The notes under the pieces are model-generated. The model made no database searches, was not told where the DNA came from, and saw only the letters and a list, made by a program, of their open reading frames with translations. From a virus, in the IMG/VR virus record IMGVR_UViG_3300028569_002586, positions 64,001 through 128,000 of that record: DNA of 64,000 nucleotides, one strand, 5' to 3'. Below, piece after piece: positions 29,354 to 38,386 of this stretch; the stretch's first letter is position 1, and the number at the start of each line of letters is the position of its first letter. A program made the translations under genes and the position numbers.

Positions 29354-29911
29354 ATGCTAAAAGATGTTATACTGAAGGAACACAATCTGCATATTGTAAA
29401 TTTTTTTTATGTTTTTAAGACACAGGTGGAGAGAGATCTTGTGGATGAGCTGCATAGGTTTGAGCTACTTGGTGATACATGCAGTACGACAATAAGGAGA
29501 TTGTTCCTACACCACACCATCTATAAGCTTTGCGAGTATTTGCTGAAATGCAGTAGCAGAGAGAAAGTTATAATTTATTTTGATCTGAATAATATTTACG
29601 ACAGCGAGCTGGCAAAATATCTTACAGAAGAAAAGGTTAAAAAATATTTAGAATTAGTTTTTCGAAAAATAAAGAGTATACTGCCATTGCGCATATACTT
29701 CTCAACATTCTCTCTCGACTATCTCAATAACAAGAGAAAAGAAGGTATAGGCATAGAAACCATTAATAGGATAAAAAATATGCTCTATAAGCATGATTTT
29801 AACAGGTTTACATTTGAAAGATGTAAGAAGTTCATTAAAAAAGAGGGGCTATACTTTCTTGATAAGCATTACTTTGATAATCTTAAATCTAAACAATTGT
29901 TGCTTGTATAA
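29354..29911 (+). CDS. Hypothetical protein
   Basis: Clean 185-aa ORF; weak resemblance to the N-terminus of T4 RNase H. Confidence 0.65.
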   Translation: MLKDVILKEHNLHIVNFFYVFKTQVERDLVDELHRFELLGDTCSTTIRRLFLHHTIYKLCEYLLKCSSREKVIIYFDLNNIYDSELAKYLTEEKVKKYLELVFRKIKSILPLRIYFSTFSLDYLNNKRKEGIGIETINRIKNMLYKHDFNRFTFERCKKFIKKEGLYFLDKHYFDNLKSKQLLLV

Positions 29912-29922
29912 TAAATAATGAT

Positions 29923-30387
29923 ATGGGATTTAAGGAAAAGCTTAACGAATATGTACTATCTTTAGAACAAGATGCAGCTGCAGTAGGTCAGCCTGCACAA
30001 CAAGATGCTTCTCAACCTATTACACAGCCTGTAGCAATGCCTGCCCCTGATAAAGGCAAAGCAGCAGAGCCTCAGGGCATTGCGCCTGAGGGGTATGTGG
30101 AGCTTGTAAGATTGTTAGCTAAAGCTCTTGTAATGAATGTACCACCAGAATCTATTGATGACCTCTTCTCAACACCTGTAACTAAGGAAAACGCAGAAGA
30201 GGTAAGAGAAGCGCTAGAGAAGCTAATGGGTACATCCAATAACTATAAGAACAATCCAGAGAAAGTTGACAATGTAAGTTTCATGAAATTTTATGATTCA
30301 ATTAATGAAAATAATTTTTATAATAAGCTCAAACATGTCATTTCTGTAATGAAGAAGTATAGTAATGATGTGGATGTAAAGCTATGA
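29923..30387 (+). CDS. Hypothetical late protein
   Basis: TAAATA at 29912-29917, 5 nt before ATG. Confidence 0.75.
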   Translation: MGFKEKLNEYVLSLEQDAAAVGQPAQQDASQPITQPVAMPAPDKGKAAEPQGIAPEGYVELVRLLAKALVMNVPPESIDDLFSTPVTKENAEEVREALEKLMGTSNNYKNNPEKVDNVSFMKFYDSINENNFYNKLKHVISVMKKYSNDVDVKL

Positions 30388-31541
30388 AGTCAGGAAAAAA
30401 GTATACTTCTTTAGGAGAAGTTTATATAGAAAACACTCTAGGAAAAAAGCTGCCTCCGCTGCCCAGACAAATACTAGAAAGAGTAAGGATTTCGGTACAA
30501 AATGATCAGGGCGATACAGAAGATTTTATTGTTTCAGATACATGGTATAACAAAGCAATTAGAGAAAAGCTTAAATTAGGCAGTCAAAATCAAGATACAT
30601 ATTATGAATTGATACACAGCAGGTGTGTTGATGCAGGTATTCTGCCTCAAGGCCATGAAGATATAAATGTAGATGCAGTAAAAATAATCTATAGTTATAT
30701 TTTAAAGATAGCTGGTCCAGAGAAGATGAATGTGTTTTTTGAAAAATTTGTTGATAATGGTGAAAAAGTGGCACAGTTATTTGTTGGTGAGTTGAAGAAA
30801 TTTCAACGGTTTAATATATTTGATGTATTATCTAGCTTTTATGGCATACCGTTTGTTTATGACCCTGATATCTTTGTATTAAGGCCTTTTAAAGCAGCAA
30901 AAAGTACAAGAGGCGCAGCAGGGCCTGGTGAAGCATTTATGTCGTTTTTCTTTTTTGGTAAAAAATACGAGGTGGGTGATCTTGTTATTCCTTATGGCGG
31001 TGCAGCATTTGAAATAGAAATCAAGAAGCAAAAAGGACGCATAGGGAAAGATGTTAATCGTAACGGTGGGATGAATGCGAGAAAATTATATCCAACGTTG
31101 GCAGGACTAGATGTAAATGCTTTACAAGAGTTTATTAAAAAGTATAATTTAAAAACATTAAGAGATATATTGCTGGGTACTGATGCCTTTGCAGGTATTT
31201 CAGGGGTATCAAAATATCCTAACTTACAATTAGATTCCTCTTTTTTAAATCAAAATATAACATCATTCAAGGATTATTTTAGTACTTTGAATGATCTAGA
31301 GCCATATATTGGCTTGATGCAGATGAAGCAGTATTTTGAGCTTATTAAAAAGTTTGATTGCATTATGATTTTTACAGAAAAAGGTATTGCTCTGGGTATT
31401 GAGAGAGATCTAGTTTTAGCTAAATCTCTGCTAGATCTTGTAGCGCACATGAAGACCATAGGTGTTAGGTTGAAGAGAAAAACAGCAGTAAAAGGTGGTG
31501 CTACGGTTTATGATAACGAGGGCTTGCAGATCTTGATATGA
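30384..31541 (+). CDS. Hypothetical protein with a PD-(D/E)xK-like motif
   Basis: GPGEAF...GDL...EIEIK..KGRIG. Confidence 0.55.
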   Translation: MKSGKKYTSLGEVYIENTLGKKLPPLPRQILERVRISVQNDQGDTEDFIVSDTWYNKAIREKLKLGSQNQDTYYELIHSRCVDAGILPQGHEDINVDAVKIIYSYILKIAGPEKMNVFFEKFVDNGEKVAQLFVGELKKFQRFNIFDVLSSFYGIPFVYDPDIFVLRPFKAAKSTRGAAGPGEAFMSFFFFGKKYEVGDLVIPYGGAAFEIEIKKQKGRIGKDVNRNGGMNARKLYPTLAGLDVNALQEFIKKYNLKTLRDILLGTDAFAGISGVSKYPNLQLDSSFLNQNITSFKDYFSTLNDLEPYIGLMQMKQYFELIKKFDCIMIFTEKGIALGIERDLVLAKSLLDLVAHMKTIGVRLKRKTAVKGGATVYDNEGLQILI

Positions 31542-31571
31542 TAACTATAGAGCAAATAAATAAATAATAGT

Positions 31572-32477
31572 ATGAACAAAGATGTACATCTAATATATGA
31601 AGCATTTGTCAACAAAGGTGTGCAGATCACGATTACGGACTACATTGAAGAGGACAAGGTTTTCTCAATTAACACAACAGTCAAACAATTTGATGCCAAG
31701 CATGTGGCTCATGCATTTGTGAAACATGCATATGGCAAATATGACCAAGAAAGAGTGGAGCCAGCATTGCAATCTGTGTTGGCCAGTATGCAAGTTAATC
31801 CATATGGTGAAAAGCCAGGCATCATAGAATTGAGCATACAAGAATTTGCAGGTGATGGCATGGATCATTATGTGGAAGCCAAGATGTTTGGCAAAGAAGA
31901 GAATGCAGAGCAATATGAACAGAACCGCATTGTGGGTAACACCATCATGCAAGATGATCAGGAAGTTGGAGCATTTTTGGGTGATTCATACAGCAGCAAA
32001 TTGACCTTGAATGGCAAACAAATGTTCATGCCTGGTGCTCCTTATGCTCAAACTGTGAATCAAGGTACACACATGGGGTTGTGGTACCTGAACAGGAGGC
32101 ACAGATTGATTGTGAAGGATGCAAGCAAATGGAAAGAATTCTTGAGTGACATTGTGTCCACAAGTGATGACAAATATTGGGATGGCAAGAAGATGCATCA
32201 ACATGATCACATTGGTGACAAGATTGCTGCTTCAAATGCATATTGGACCAAGAAGATTGCTGCAGGAGCAGATCAACGTGCAGAAGATGCAGAGGGAATT
32301 TCTTTTAAGAAGGGTGATAATGTTTATTTTAATGATTCAAATTACCCTTCTTATAAAAATATAGTATTTCAAATAAGAGATTTACATGGAGAAGATGCAA
32401 ATCTATGGAGTAATGAGCTGCCTTCTTCTGGGAAGCCATTCTGGGTTAAAATAAAAAATTTAAAAAAAGCTCACTAA
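31572..32477 (+). CDS. Hypothetical late protein
   Basis: TAAATA at 31561-31566, 5 nt before ATG; MNKDVHLIYEAF N-terminus. Confidence 0.75.
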   Translation: MNKDVHLIYEAFVNKGVQITITDYIEEDKVFSINTTVKQFDAKHVAHAFVKHAYGKYDQERVEPALQSVLASMQVNPYGEKPGIIELSIQEFAGDGMDHYVEAKMFGKEENAEQYEQNRIVGNTIMQDDQEVGAFLGDSYSSKLTLNGKQMFMPGAPYAQTVNQGTHMGLWYLNRRHRLIVKDASKWKEFLSDIVSTSDDKYWDGKKMHQHDHIGDKIAASNAYWTKKIAAGADQRAEDAEGISFKKGDNVYFNDSNYPSYKNIVFQIRDLHGEDANLWSNELPSSGKPFWVKIKNLKKAH

Positions 32478-32493
32478 GGGAATAGTTTTTAAT

Positions 32494-33741
32494 ATGAATA
32501 CCTTTGAAGAATATTTTCTCCTTGAGGGGGGTGCAGCAGGCCATATGGCGCATCCTTTTGATCTGTCTTCTGTACGTACTGGTAGAGATCTTGTAAGTTT
32601 TTTTAAGAGAGCTAGTGATAGTATTAAAAAAGATAAGACCAGCGTTAAATTTGATGGGTTAAATATAAGCTTAAAGCTCATACAAGATGGTGACAAGTAT
32701 AGATTTGCACTTGATAGAGGTAGCAACAAGCCAGCAGATATAAAAGGCATTACAGCAGATAATATAGAAGAAAGATTTGATAAGGGGCATGGCATGATTC
32801 CTGTGGGTAAGTTTATATTGAGTGTAATGGATAGTGCTCTTGATACAATACAACCAGAACTCAAGGCACTGGGTCTCTACAATTCAAATAAATTTTTAAA
32901 TACAGAATATATTACAAAGCTGACTAACGTTACAGAATATGATAGAAATATGATTGTATTTCATGGTATTAATGAGTTTTTTAACGAAAAGAGTCCTTTG
33001 AAGAGAACAACAAGAAGAGTATCACGTGAAATACCATATAATAAGAAAGCGTTAAATGAGCTTGTATTGAAATTGAGACCCATCTTTAAACAACACGAAT
33101 TTGAAGTGTTTGGTCCTACAAAAGCAACAAGCACAGGTGACATAGATTATAGCTCTGCACTCAACAGTACCTTTGGTATAGTGTATACAGGTAATGATAT
33201 GCAGACAAAATCTCTCAAGGGATGGTTGGATCAAGCAAAAAATCCAAGTAAGCTCTTTGTTCGTGATTCGAGGAATAAAAAAATACCTGCCATGTCAAAG
33301 TCAAATTATCTTTATGTGCTATCAGGCAAGCCTGTTGCAAATCTTGTGGGTAACAATCCAGATTACCAGAAGGCTGTGGCAGATGGTGCAATATTTTATC
33401 ATGCAACACGTCTGCTGGGCAATGAGCTTCTTAAAACTCTTGGCTCAGAAGCAGGAGAGCTTGCAAAACATGAAGGTATTGTGATAAGAGATTCAAAGGT
33501 TGCTTCAGTGCCAGTGAAAATAACAGGTGAATTTATTGTTAAGGGCATGTCCAGTCAATTTCAAAAATCTGAGAATGAAGAGGGCATGGGTGGTTTAACT
33601 GGTGCAATTAATTACATTAACAACAGAGGATATTCAAATTCTTCAGGTAATCCTGTAGATCCAAATAATTATATGGATAATGTGAATTACATAAACAGAC
33701 CAAGCTACGGCTCACCGCCCAAAGTGGGGAGCAATGTATAA
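32494..33741 (+). CDS. ATP-dependent ligase-like nucleotidyltransferase (DUF6267-like)
   Basis: GHMAHPFD; motif I VKFDG, motif IV HEGIVIRD, motif V-like VKITG. Confidence 0.6.
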   Translation: MNTFEEYFLLEGGAAGHMAHPFDLSSVRTGRDLVSFFKRASDSIKKDKTSVKFDGLNISLKLIQDGDKYRFALDRGSNKPADIKGITADNIEERFDKGHGMIPVGKFILSVMDSALDTIQPELKALGLYNSNKFLNTEYITKLTNVTEYDRNMIVFHGINEFFNEKSPLKRTTRRVSREIPYNKKALNELVLKLRPIFKQHEFEVFGPTKATSTGDIDYSSALNSTFGIVYTGNDMQTKSLKGWLDQAKNPSKLFVRDSRNKKIPAMSKSNYLYVLSGKPVANLVGNNPDYQKAVADGAIFYHATRLLGNELLKTLGSEAGELAKHEGIVIRDSKVASVPVKITGEFIVKGMSSQFQKSENEEGMGGLTGAINYINNRGYSNSSGNPVDPNNYMDNVNYINRPSYGSPPKVGSNV

Positions 33742-34298
33742 TGACATTTAAAAGGTTTCTTGCAGAACAGTTGAAAGATCGTGTTGTGATATTGCCCGGT
33801 GGATTTAAACCGCCGCATAAGGGTCACTTTGAAGCACTTAAATTCTTATTAAAAGAAGCAAAAGCTACACAAGCAAAAGTTTTTGTGGGCAGAGCAGAGC
33901 GCGACGGCATTACACAAGATCAAGCAGTTAAGATATGGAATATATACAAGAAGTATATTCCTGCTACAGTGGAAATTGTACCAGTATCTGGTGTTGATAA
34001 AGCAGGGAGAGAGTCAACACCTCTCAGTCTAACATATGACTTCATAGAAGATAATAAAGATTCCTTTAATCGTTTCTATGTTGGTGCAGGACAAGAAGAC
34101 CTTGCAAGATTCAAAGGACTAGAAAAAGATAAAGCAAGATATCCCAATACAACAGTAATAGCCATACCACCACAATTTGGCAGGCTATCAGGAACTGATA
34201 CACGAAAAAAGATTCAAAATAAAGACAGTGATGCTTTGAGCTTTGTACCTAGTGGTATTAAAGAAGTGGATGCAATAAAAGCAATCTTAGCTCTCTAA
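33741..34298 (+). CDS. HIGH-motif (cytidylyltransferase-like) nucleotidyltransferase
   Basis: PGGFKPPHKGH and KMSKS-like LSGTDTR; TAATG coupling to the upstream gene. Confidence 0.85.
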   Translation: MTFKRFLAEQLKDRVVILPGGFKPPHKGHFEALKFLLKEAKATQAKVFVGRAERDGITQDQAVKIWNIYKKYIPATVEIVPVSGVDKAGRESTPLSLTYDFIEDNKDSFNRFYVGAGQEDLARFKGLEKDKARYPNTTVIAIPPQFGRLSGTDTRKKIQNKDSDALSFVPSGIKEVDAIKAILAL

Positions 34299-34967
34299 TT
34301 GCTTAATAACTTCAAGAAATAACTTCTCTTTTGTTTCTCTTGATTCTCTATTCAATACATGCTTGAGATTAAGAATTAAATCATCGCCACCCTTATTAAT
34401 TGCATTATATAAATCAATTTCTGTCTCTTCTTGCTGCACATCTAATCCCCCCATCATTTTAATTTTCTCTTTAAAACTTTCAAAATCTTTGTATCCAAAT
34501 ACAGAGTTAAGATTGTCATGAGCTTTGGAAATTTTATCAAGCACCCAGGCTTCAACTTCAGTACCATTTCTCATGAGTGGGTACAGCATGGAGGCCAATT
34601 TAAATATTCTAAAAATAAGCTGCTTTGCCATGTAGGCATCTGAATCAGTATGTTCTTCTTCTGATCCACAGATGCCACCGCATTCTTCACAGTTCTCATC
34701 TTCTTCAGCTTCAGCTTCAGCTGGATCTGCAGCAGCCTGCTGTTGTGCAGGTGTTTGAATCATTACAGTCTTTTTTAGAGATTGTGGTGTTGCAACACTG
34801 GATACCACCCCGTCCTTGACAACTTTCTTTTTAGGCATTAGCACGGCAACACGTTTTTCAGGTGAAAGGCCTTCAGAAGGACCATCCTGTGGGCCTTGGC
34901 CAAGATTTAGCTCACTGATCCTGGTTCTATATGCCTCTGTAATCAATTCTGCATCACGTCTGAACAT
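34287..34967 (-). CDS. Hypothetical late protein
   Basis: TAAATA 5 nt before ATG; MFRRDAELITEAY N-terminus; acidic linker. Confidence 0.75.
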   Translation of the reverse strand: MFRRDAELITEAYRTRISELNLGQGPQDGPSEGLSPEKRVAVLMPKKKVVKDGVVSSVATPQSLKKTVMIQTPAQQQAAADPAEAEAEEDENCEECGGICGSEEEHTDSDAYMAKQLIFRIFKLASMLYPLMRNGTEVEAWVLDKISKAHDNLNSVFGYKDFESFKEKIKMMGGLDVQQEETEIDLYNAINKGGDDLILNLKHVLNRESRETKEKLFLEVIKQLES

Positions 34968-35011
34968 ATAAATATTTAATCCAACAGGTGGTTAAAATAT
35001 AAATAATTAAA

Positions 35012-35302
35012 GTGAAGACATTTGAAACAATATTTCTTGAATCCATTGATAGTGACCTACTTACTGAAAAAGCAGGTGCACGCTGCACCAAAGTTACAGG
35101 CCAGATGTCATCAACAAGATCTGATAAAAAATACATGAGATGTGCAAGAGTCGATGGCACTCTTAAAAGAATACATTATGGAGATCCAAATCTGAGAATT
35201 AAAAAGTCAAATTCTAAGCGTCGCAAGAGTTTTAGAGCAAGACACAAATGCTCTTCAGCAAAGCCTGGTACACCTAAATACTATAGCTGTAAAAACTGGT
35301 AA
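35012..35302 (+). CDS. Small basic protein, phage family with RRKSFRARH.C motif
   Basis: YGDPNLRIKKSN..RRKSFRARHKC...YYSC..W; TAAATA at 35000-35005. Confidence 0.75.
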   Translation: MKTFETIFLESIDSDLLTEKAGARCTKVTGQMSSTRSDKKYMRCARVDGTLKRIHYGDPNLRIKKSNSKRRKSFRARHKCSSAKPGTPKYYSCKNW

Positions 35303-35703
35303 TGAAGACGTTCAAACAATATATACAGGAAAAGTTAACACTTAGTGTTGTTGAAGCTATTCAGATAAAAGATGTTGGTGAGGCTGCTGCAAAGGTTGAT
35401 ACAGGCAATGAAGCATTTAATGTATTGCATGGTACAGATATTGAACATACAGAAAGAGGTGTTAAGTTTAAAACCCTGCATGATAAAGCAATGGAAAAGC
35501 CTATACTAAAAGAGATTGAAATTAATATAGGCAGTGGTAATCTTGAAAAAAGACCAGTAGTGGAGATTGAGTTTACAATGAGAGGTAGAACCTATACCAA
35601 GCCTTTTAGTATTGCAGACAGAAGCACTAACGATGAGCCTGTTTTACTTGGAGAAGTTTTCTTGAGAGAAATTGATGCTGTTGTTGATGTCAATCAACAG
35701 TAA
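35302..35703 (+). CDS. Retropepsin-like (RimK-associated) aspartic protease
   Basis: AKVDTGN, RPVV, F.IADRS...PVLLG..FL. Confidence 0.8.
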   Translation: MKTFKQYIQEKLTLSVVEAIQIKDVGEAAAKVDTGNEAFNVLHGTDIEHTERGVKFKTLHDKAMEKPILKEIEINIGSGNLEKRPVVEIEFTMRGRTYTKPFSIADRSTNDEPVLLGEVFLREIDAVVDVNQQ

Positions 35704-35706
35704 CTG

Positions 35707-36360
35707 TTAATCTCTTTTATTCTGAGCAAACTCAACAAACTTATAAAATTCTGCTCTGGAGTTGTCATCATTATCCAGAAATGCACCAGACATGCGAGCA
35801 GTGCGCATGGTAGAGTCATGTCTGATGCCCCTATTTGAGCAACATGTATGGGCTGCTTCAATCATAACTGCCACGCCATTGTTTTTCTCACATACCAAGT
35901 CAATATAAGCATGAATTTGCATGGTAAGATTTTCTTGCACTTGAGGTCTGCGAGCAAACCAATCCACAATTCTATTCAGCTTGCTCAAGCCAATTACCTT
36001 ACCATCTGTTGATGGTATGTAAGCAACATGTGCATACCCTGTGAAAGGAGCATGATGATGAGAACAAAGTGACGTGAGTTTAATGTTATTCTGACAAACC
36101 ATGCCATCATATTGATCCACATTTATAAAAGCAGTTACCTTGGGTGGGTTACTGTAACAGCCTGCTGCAAAGTCTTCAACAAATGCTTTTGCTACTCTAT
36201 GAGGTGTGTTGGAGCTGTTGGGATCATTTCTCCAGTCATAACCCAGGGCATCCATGTATGCTTCATAGGCTTTTGCAGCTTTCTCTATGATTTCATTGCG
36301 TTCCTCCAGGGTATGTGGGTGATTATGGTTAGCGAATTGAAACTTCTTTGTGTTACTCAT
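35707..36360 (-). CDS. folE: GTP cyclohydrolase I
   Basis: TPHRVAK, SLCSHHHAPF.G, GLSKLNR, RRPQVQE.LT, HTCCSNRG. Start is 36360 or 36366. Confidence 0.95.
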   Translation of the reverse strand: MSNTKKFQFANHNHPHTLEERNEIIEKAAKAYEAYMDALGYDWRNDPNSSNTPHRVAKAFVEDFAAGCYSNPPKVTAFINVDQYDGMVCQNNIKLTSLCSHHHAPFTGYAHVAYIPSTDGKVIGLSKLNRIVDWFARRPQVQENLTMQIHAYIDLVCEKNNGVAVMIEAAHTCCSNRGIRHDSTMRTARMSGAFLDNDDNSRAEFYKFVEFAQNKRD

Positions 36361-36407
36361 GAACATGTATTATATGATATAAGCTATTGAGTTCAATAAA
36401 TAATATT

Positions 36408-36845
36408 ATGGGATTTCATTCTTTATTAAAAGAGTCTCTTTTGAATACTAATTTGAAGAGGATACGCATCAAAACTGATCCAGCACAAGTAGCTAAGAAT
36501 CAAGATTTTAGAAAAATTGCAGGGTATGAAGGCTTCATACTAGGGGAGTGTCAAGGTAAGATGAAAATTCTTGTGCTGGATCCAGAGCTCACCATAGCAG
36601 GTGACATACCAGAGGAAATGTTGGAAATGTTAGCACAAAGAAATGATGTGGATGTGATGAATGAATTTAGAGAGTATGCAAAAGAATGCTTAATTAAACT
36701 CAAAGGAAAGCAGAATAATGACCCGGCATTTGCACAGATAGACAATGCTGCAACATTAGCGGATGCAGAGGTATTCCTAAAACAGGGTGGGTTCACAGAA
36801 GCAGAGGTGAATGATCTGTACAGGAGGTTCATCGGCAATGATTAA
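36408..36845 (+). CDS. Hypothetical late protein
   Basis: Start moved to ATG 36408, 5 nt after TAAATA at 36397-36402. Confidence 0.7.
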   Translation: MGFHSLLKESLLNTNLKRIRIKTDPAQVAKNQDFRKIAGYEGFILGECQGKMKILVLDPELTIAGDIPEEMLEMLAQRNDVDVMNEFREYAKECLIKLKGKQNNDPAFAQIDNAATLADAEVFLKQGGFTEAEVNDLYRRFIGND

Positions 36846-37380
36846 TTTCGAGCAATATTATAATGAAGGCCTTGGCAGTTTCGTAAAGAAAATGGGTGGT
36901 GACATAAGTAGAGGTATCAAAAAGACTGTACGTACAGCTCTTAATCCCGGGACATATATAGCTGCAGCTGGTAATGCTATTAAAGCAGCTCCAGGGGTTG
37001 TTGGTGCAGCTGGTAAATTCATGAAACAAGGCCCAAGTATTGCAGGTACAGCAGCAGGTATAGCAGGAGCTGCAGGGGGTGCACTAGCTAAGACAGGTGA
37101 ATATGTAAAAGCAGGATGGGGAGATCAAGATATCTTGATCTCCAACAAGCCGGCCGGCGGCGAAAATCTTGATATACCAACATATCAGAACCTTGCAGCA
37201 TCAGGTAAGATAAAATTGAGCCTACCAGCTGGTAAGACAAATCTATCTCAGCTAGCAGCAGGAGATTCATACAGTGTTGTAAACAAGAGAACAGGGCAAT
37301 CAACACAATATAAAGTCACAAATAAGCAGGGCAATACCATCCAGGTAGTTGATGCTGCAGTTATGCAAAAGAAAGTATAG
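36838..37380 (+). CDS. Hypothetical Gly/Ala-rich late protein
   Basis: MINFEQYYNE N-terminus; overlaps the upstream stop codon. Confidence 0.7.
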   Translation: MINFEQYYNEGLGSFVKKMGGDISRGIKKTVRTALNPGTYIAAAGNAIKAAPGVVGAAGKFMKQGPSIAGTAAGIAGAAGGALAKTGEYVKAGWGDQDILISNKPAGGENLDIPTYQNLAASGKIKLSLPAGKTNLSQLAAGDSYSVVNKRTGQSTQYKVTNKQGNTIQVVDAAVMQKKV

Positions 37381-37499
37381 GTAGCTAAATCTGAAAATAA
37401 CCAGTTGATTTCTTGTTTTTTTCTGTTATAATATCAATAGGTATAGAAAGAATAACTTTGGTGAGTTGATTATTATTGTTAATCAGTTATTATGTTGAT

Positions 37500-38201
37500 A
37501 TGAAATTTACGAGTACAAAGATAATAGAATTAGGTTCATGCGCATTCAGACAATGGAGAGCAGACAGTCACTGCAAGTTCATACATGGTTACAGATTAAT
37601 AGCGAAATTCTATTTTACATGTGATTATTTGGATGAAAGAAATTGGGTAGTAGATTTTGGTGGTCTTAAGGAGCTCAAGCAAGTACTAGAGAAGCAATTT
37701 GATCATACATTCTGTGTATCAGCTGATGATCCTTTACTAGAACAATTCAAAGCTTTGCATGCTTCAGGAGCAGCAGATCTGAGAATTATGCCCAAGGGTG
37801 TTGGCATAGAGAGAACAACAGAGTGGTGTTTTGAAATAGCAGATGCACATGTGAGAAGCATTACAAACAACAGATGTTGGGTAGATAAAGTTGAAGTATG
37901 GGAGCATGATAAAAATTCTGCAATTGCAGAGTATGCTGCACCTGCAACATTCATCAATAGCAAACATGACACAAAAGTTGAAGGTAGGTTCATTGCTGAA
38001 CAATATGAGCTCAAGCTTGATCAACCCACAACTCCATATGCTACAGCTGTGGGCGCACCAGCACCAGGCATTACAAAGGTTTCTGAGGGTGGTCAAATTG
38101 ACAATACACCTCTAAAGAAGGATATTAAACCTGCACCCTTGTACACACAGAAGAGCAGTGGATATGGTAATCTCTTTGGTGGCACCTCCTGGGGTACATG
38201 A
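37500..38201 (+). CDS. queD: 6-carboxy-5,6,7,8-tetrahydropterin synthase with a C-terminal extension
   Basis: SHCKFIHGY, WVVDFGGLK, FDHT, E..KNSA. Start ATG 37500 is 6 nt after TTGATT-16-TATTAT. Confidence 0.9.
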   Translation: MKFTSTKIIELGSCAFRQWRADSHCKFIHGYRLIAKFYFTCDYLDERNWVVDFGGLKELKQVLEKQFDHTFCVSADDPLLEQFKALHASGAADLRIMPKGVGIERTTEWCFEIADAHVRSITNNRCWVDKVEVWEHDKNSAIAEYAAPATFINSKHDTKVEGRFIAEQYELKLDQPTTPYATAVGAPAPGITKVSEGGQIDNTPLKKDIKPAPLYTQKSSGYGNLFGGTSWGT

Positions 38202-38386
38202 ACATAGACAGGGATCCTTTCATTGACAGTCTTCAAGAACAGCTTGAAGCTACACTTACAAAGGAATTAAAAGGTAAGATTGAATCTGCACCGGTGTTAC
38301 AGAACACAAAAAGCAGTTCTGTCAGAGAAGTTAGCTTGGAAGACGCTTTAAGAGAATTACTGGAATTAGAGAAAAAGATTACTTGA
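38198..38386 (+). CDS. Small hypothetical protein
   Basis: ATGA coupling to queD. Confidence 0.55.
   Translation: MNIDRDPFIDSLQEQLEATLTKELKGKIESAPVLQNTKSSSVREVSLEDALRELLELEKKIT

Noticed and set aside
29354-29911. RNase H / 5'-3' exonuclease call
   Set aside because: Only a faint N-terminal resemblance; the acidic catalytic motifs are not recognisable and the ORF is too short.
37405-37500. preQ1 riboswitch upstream of queD
   Set aside because: No recognisable preQ1-I stem with an A-rich tail could be identified by eye.
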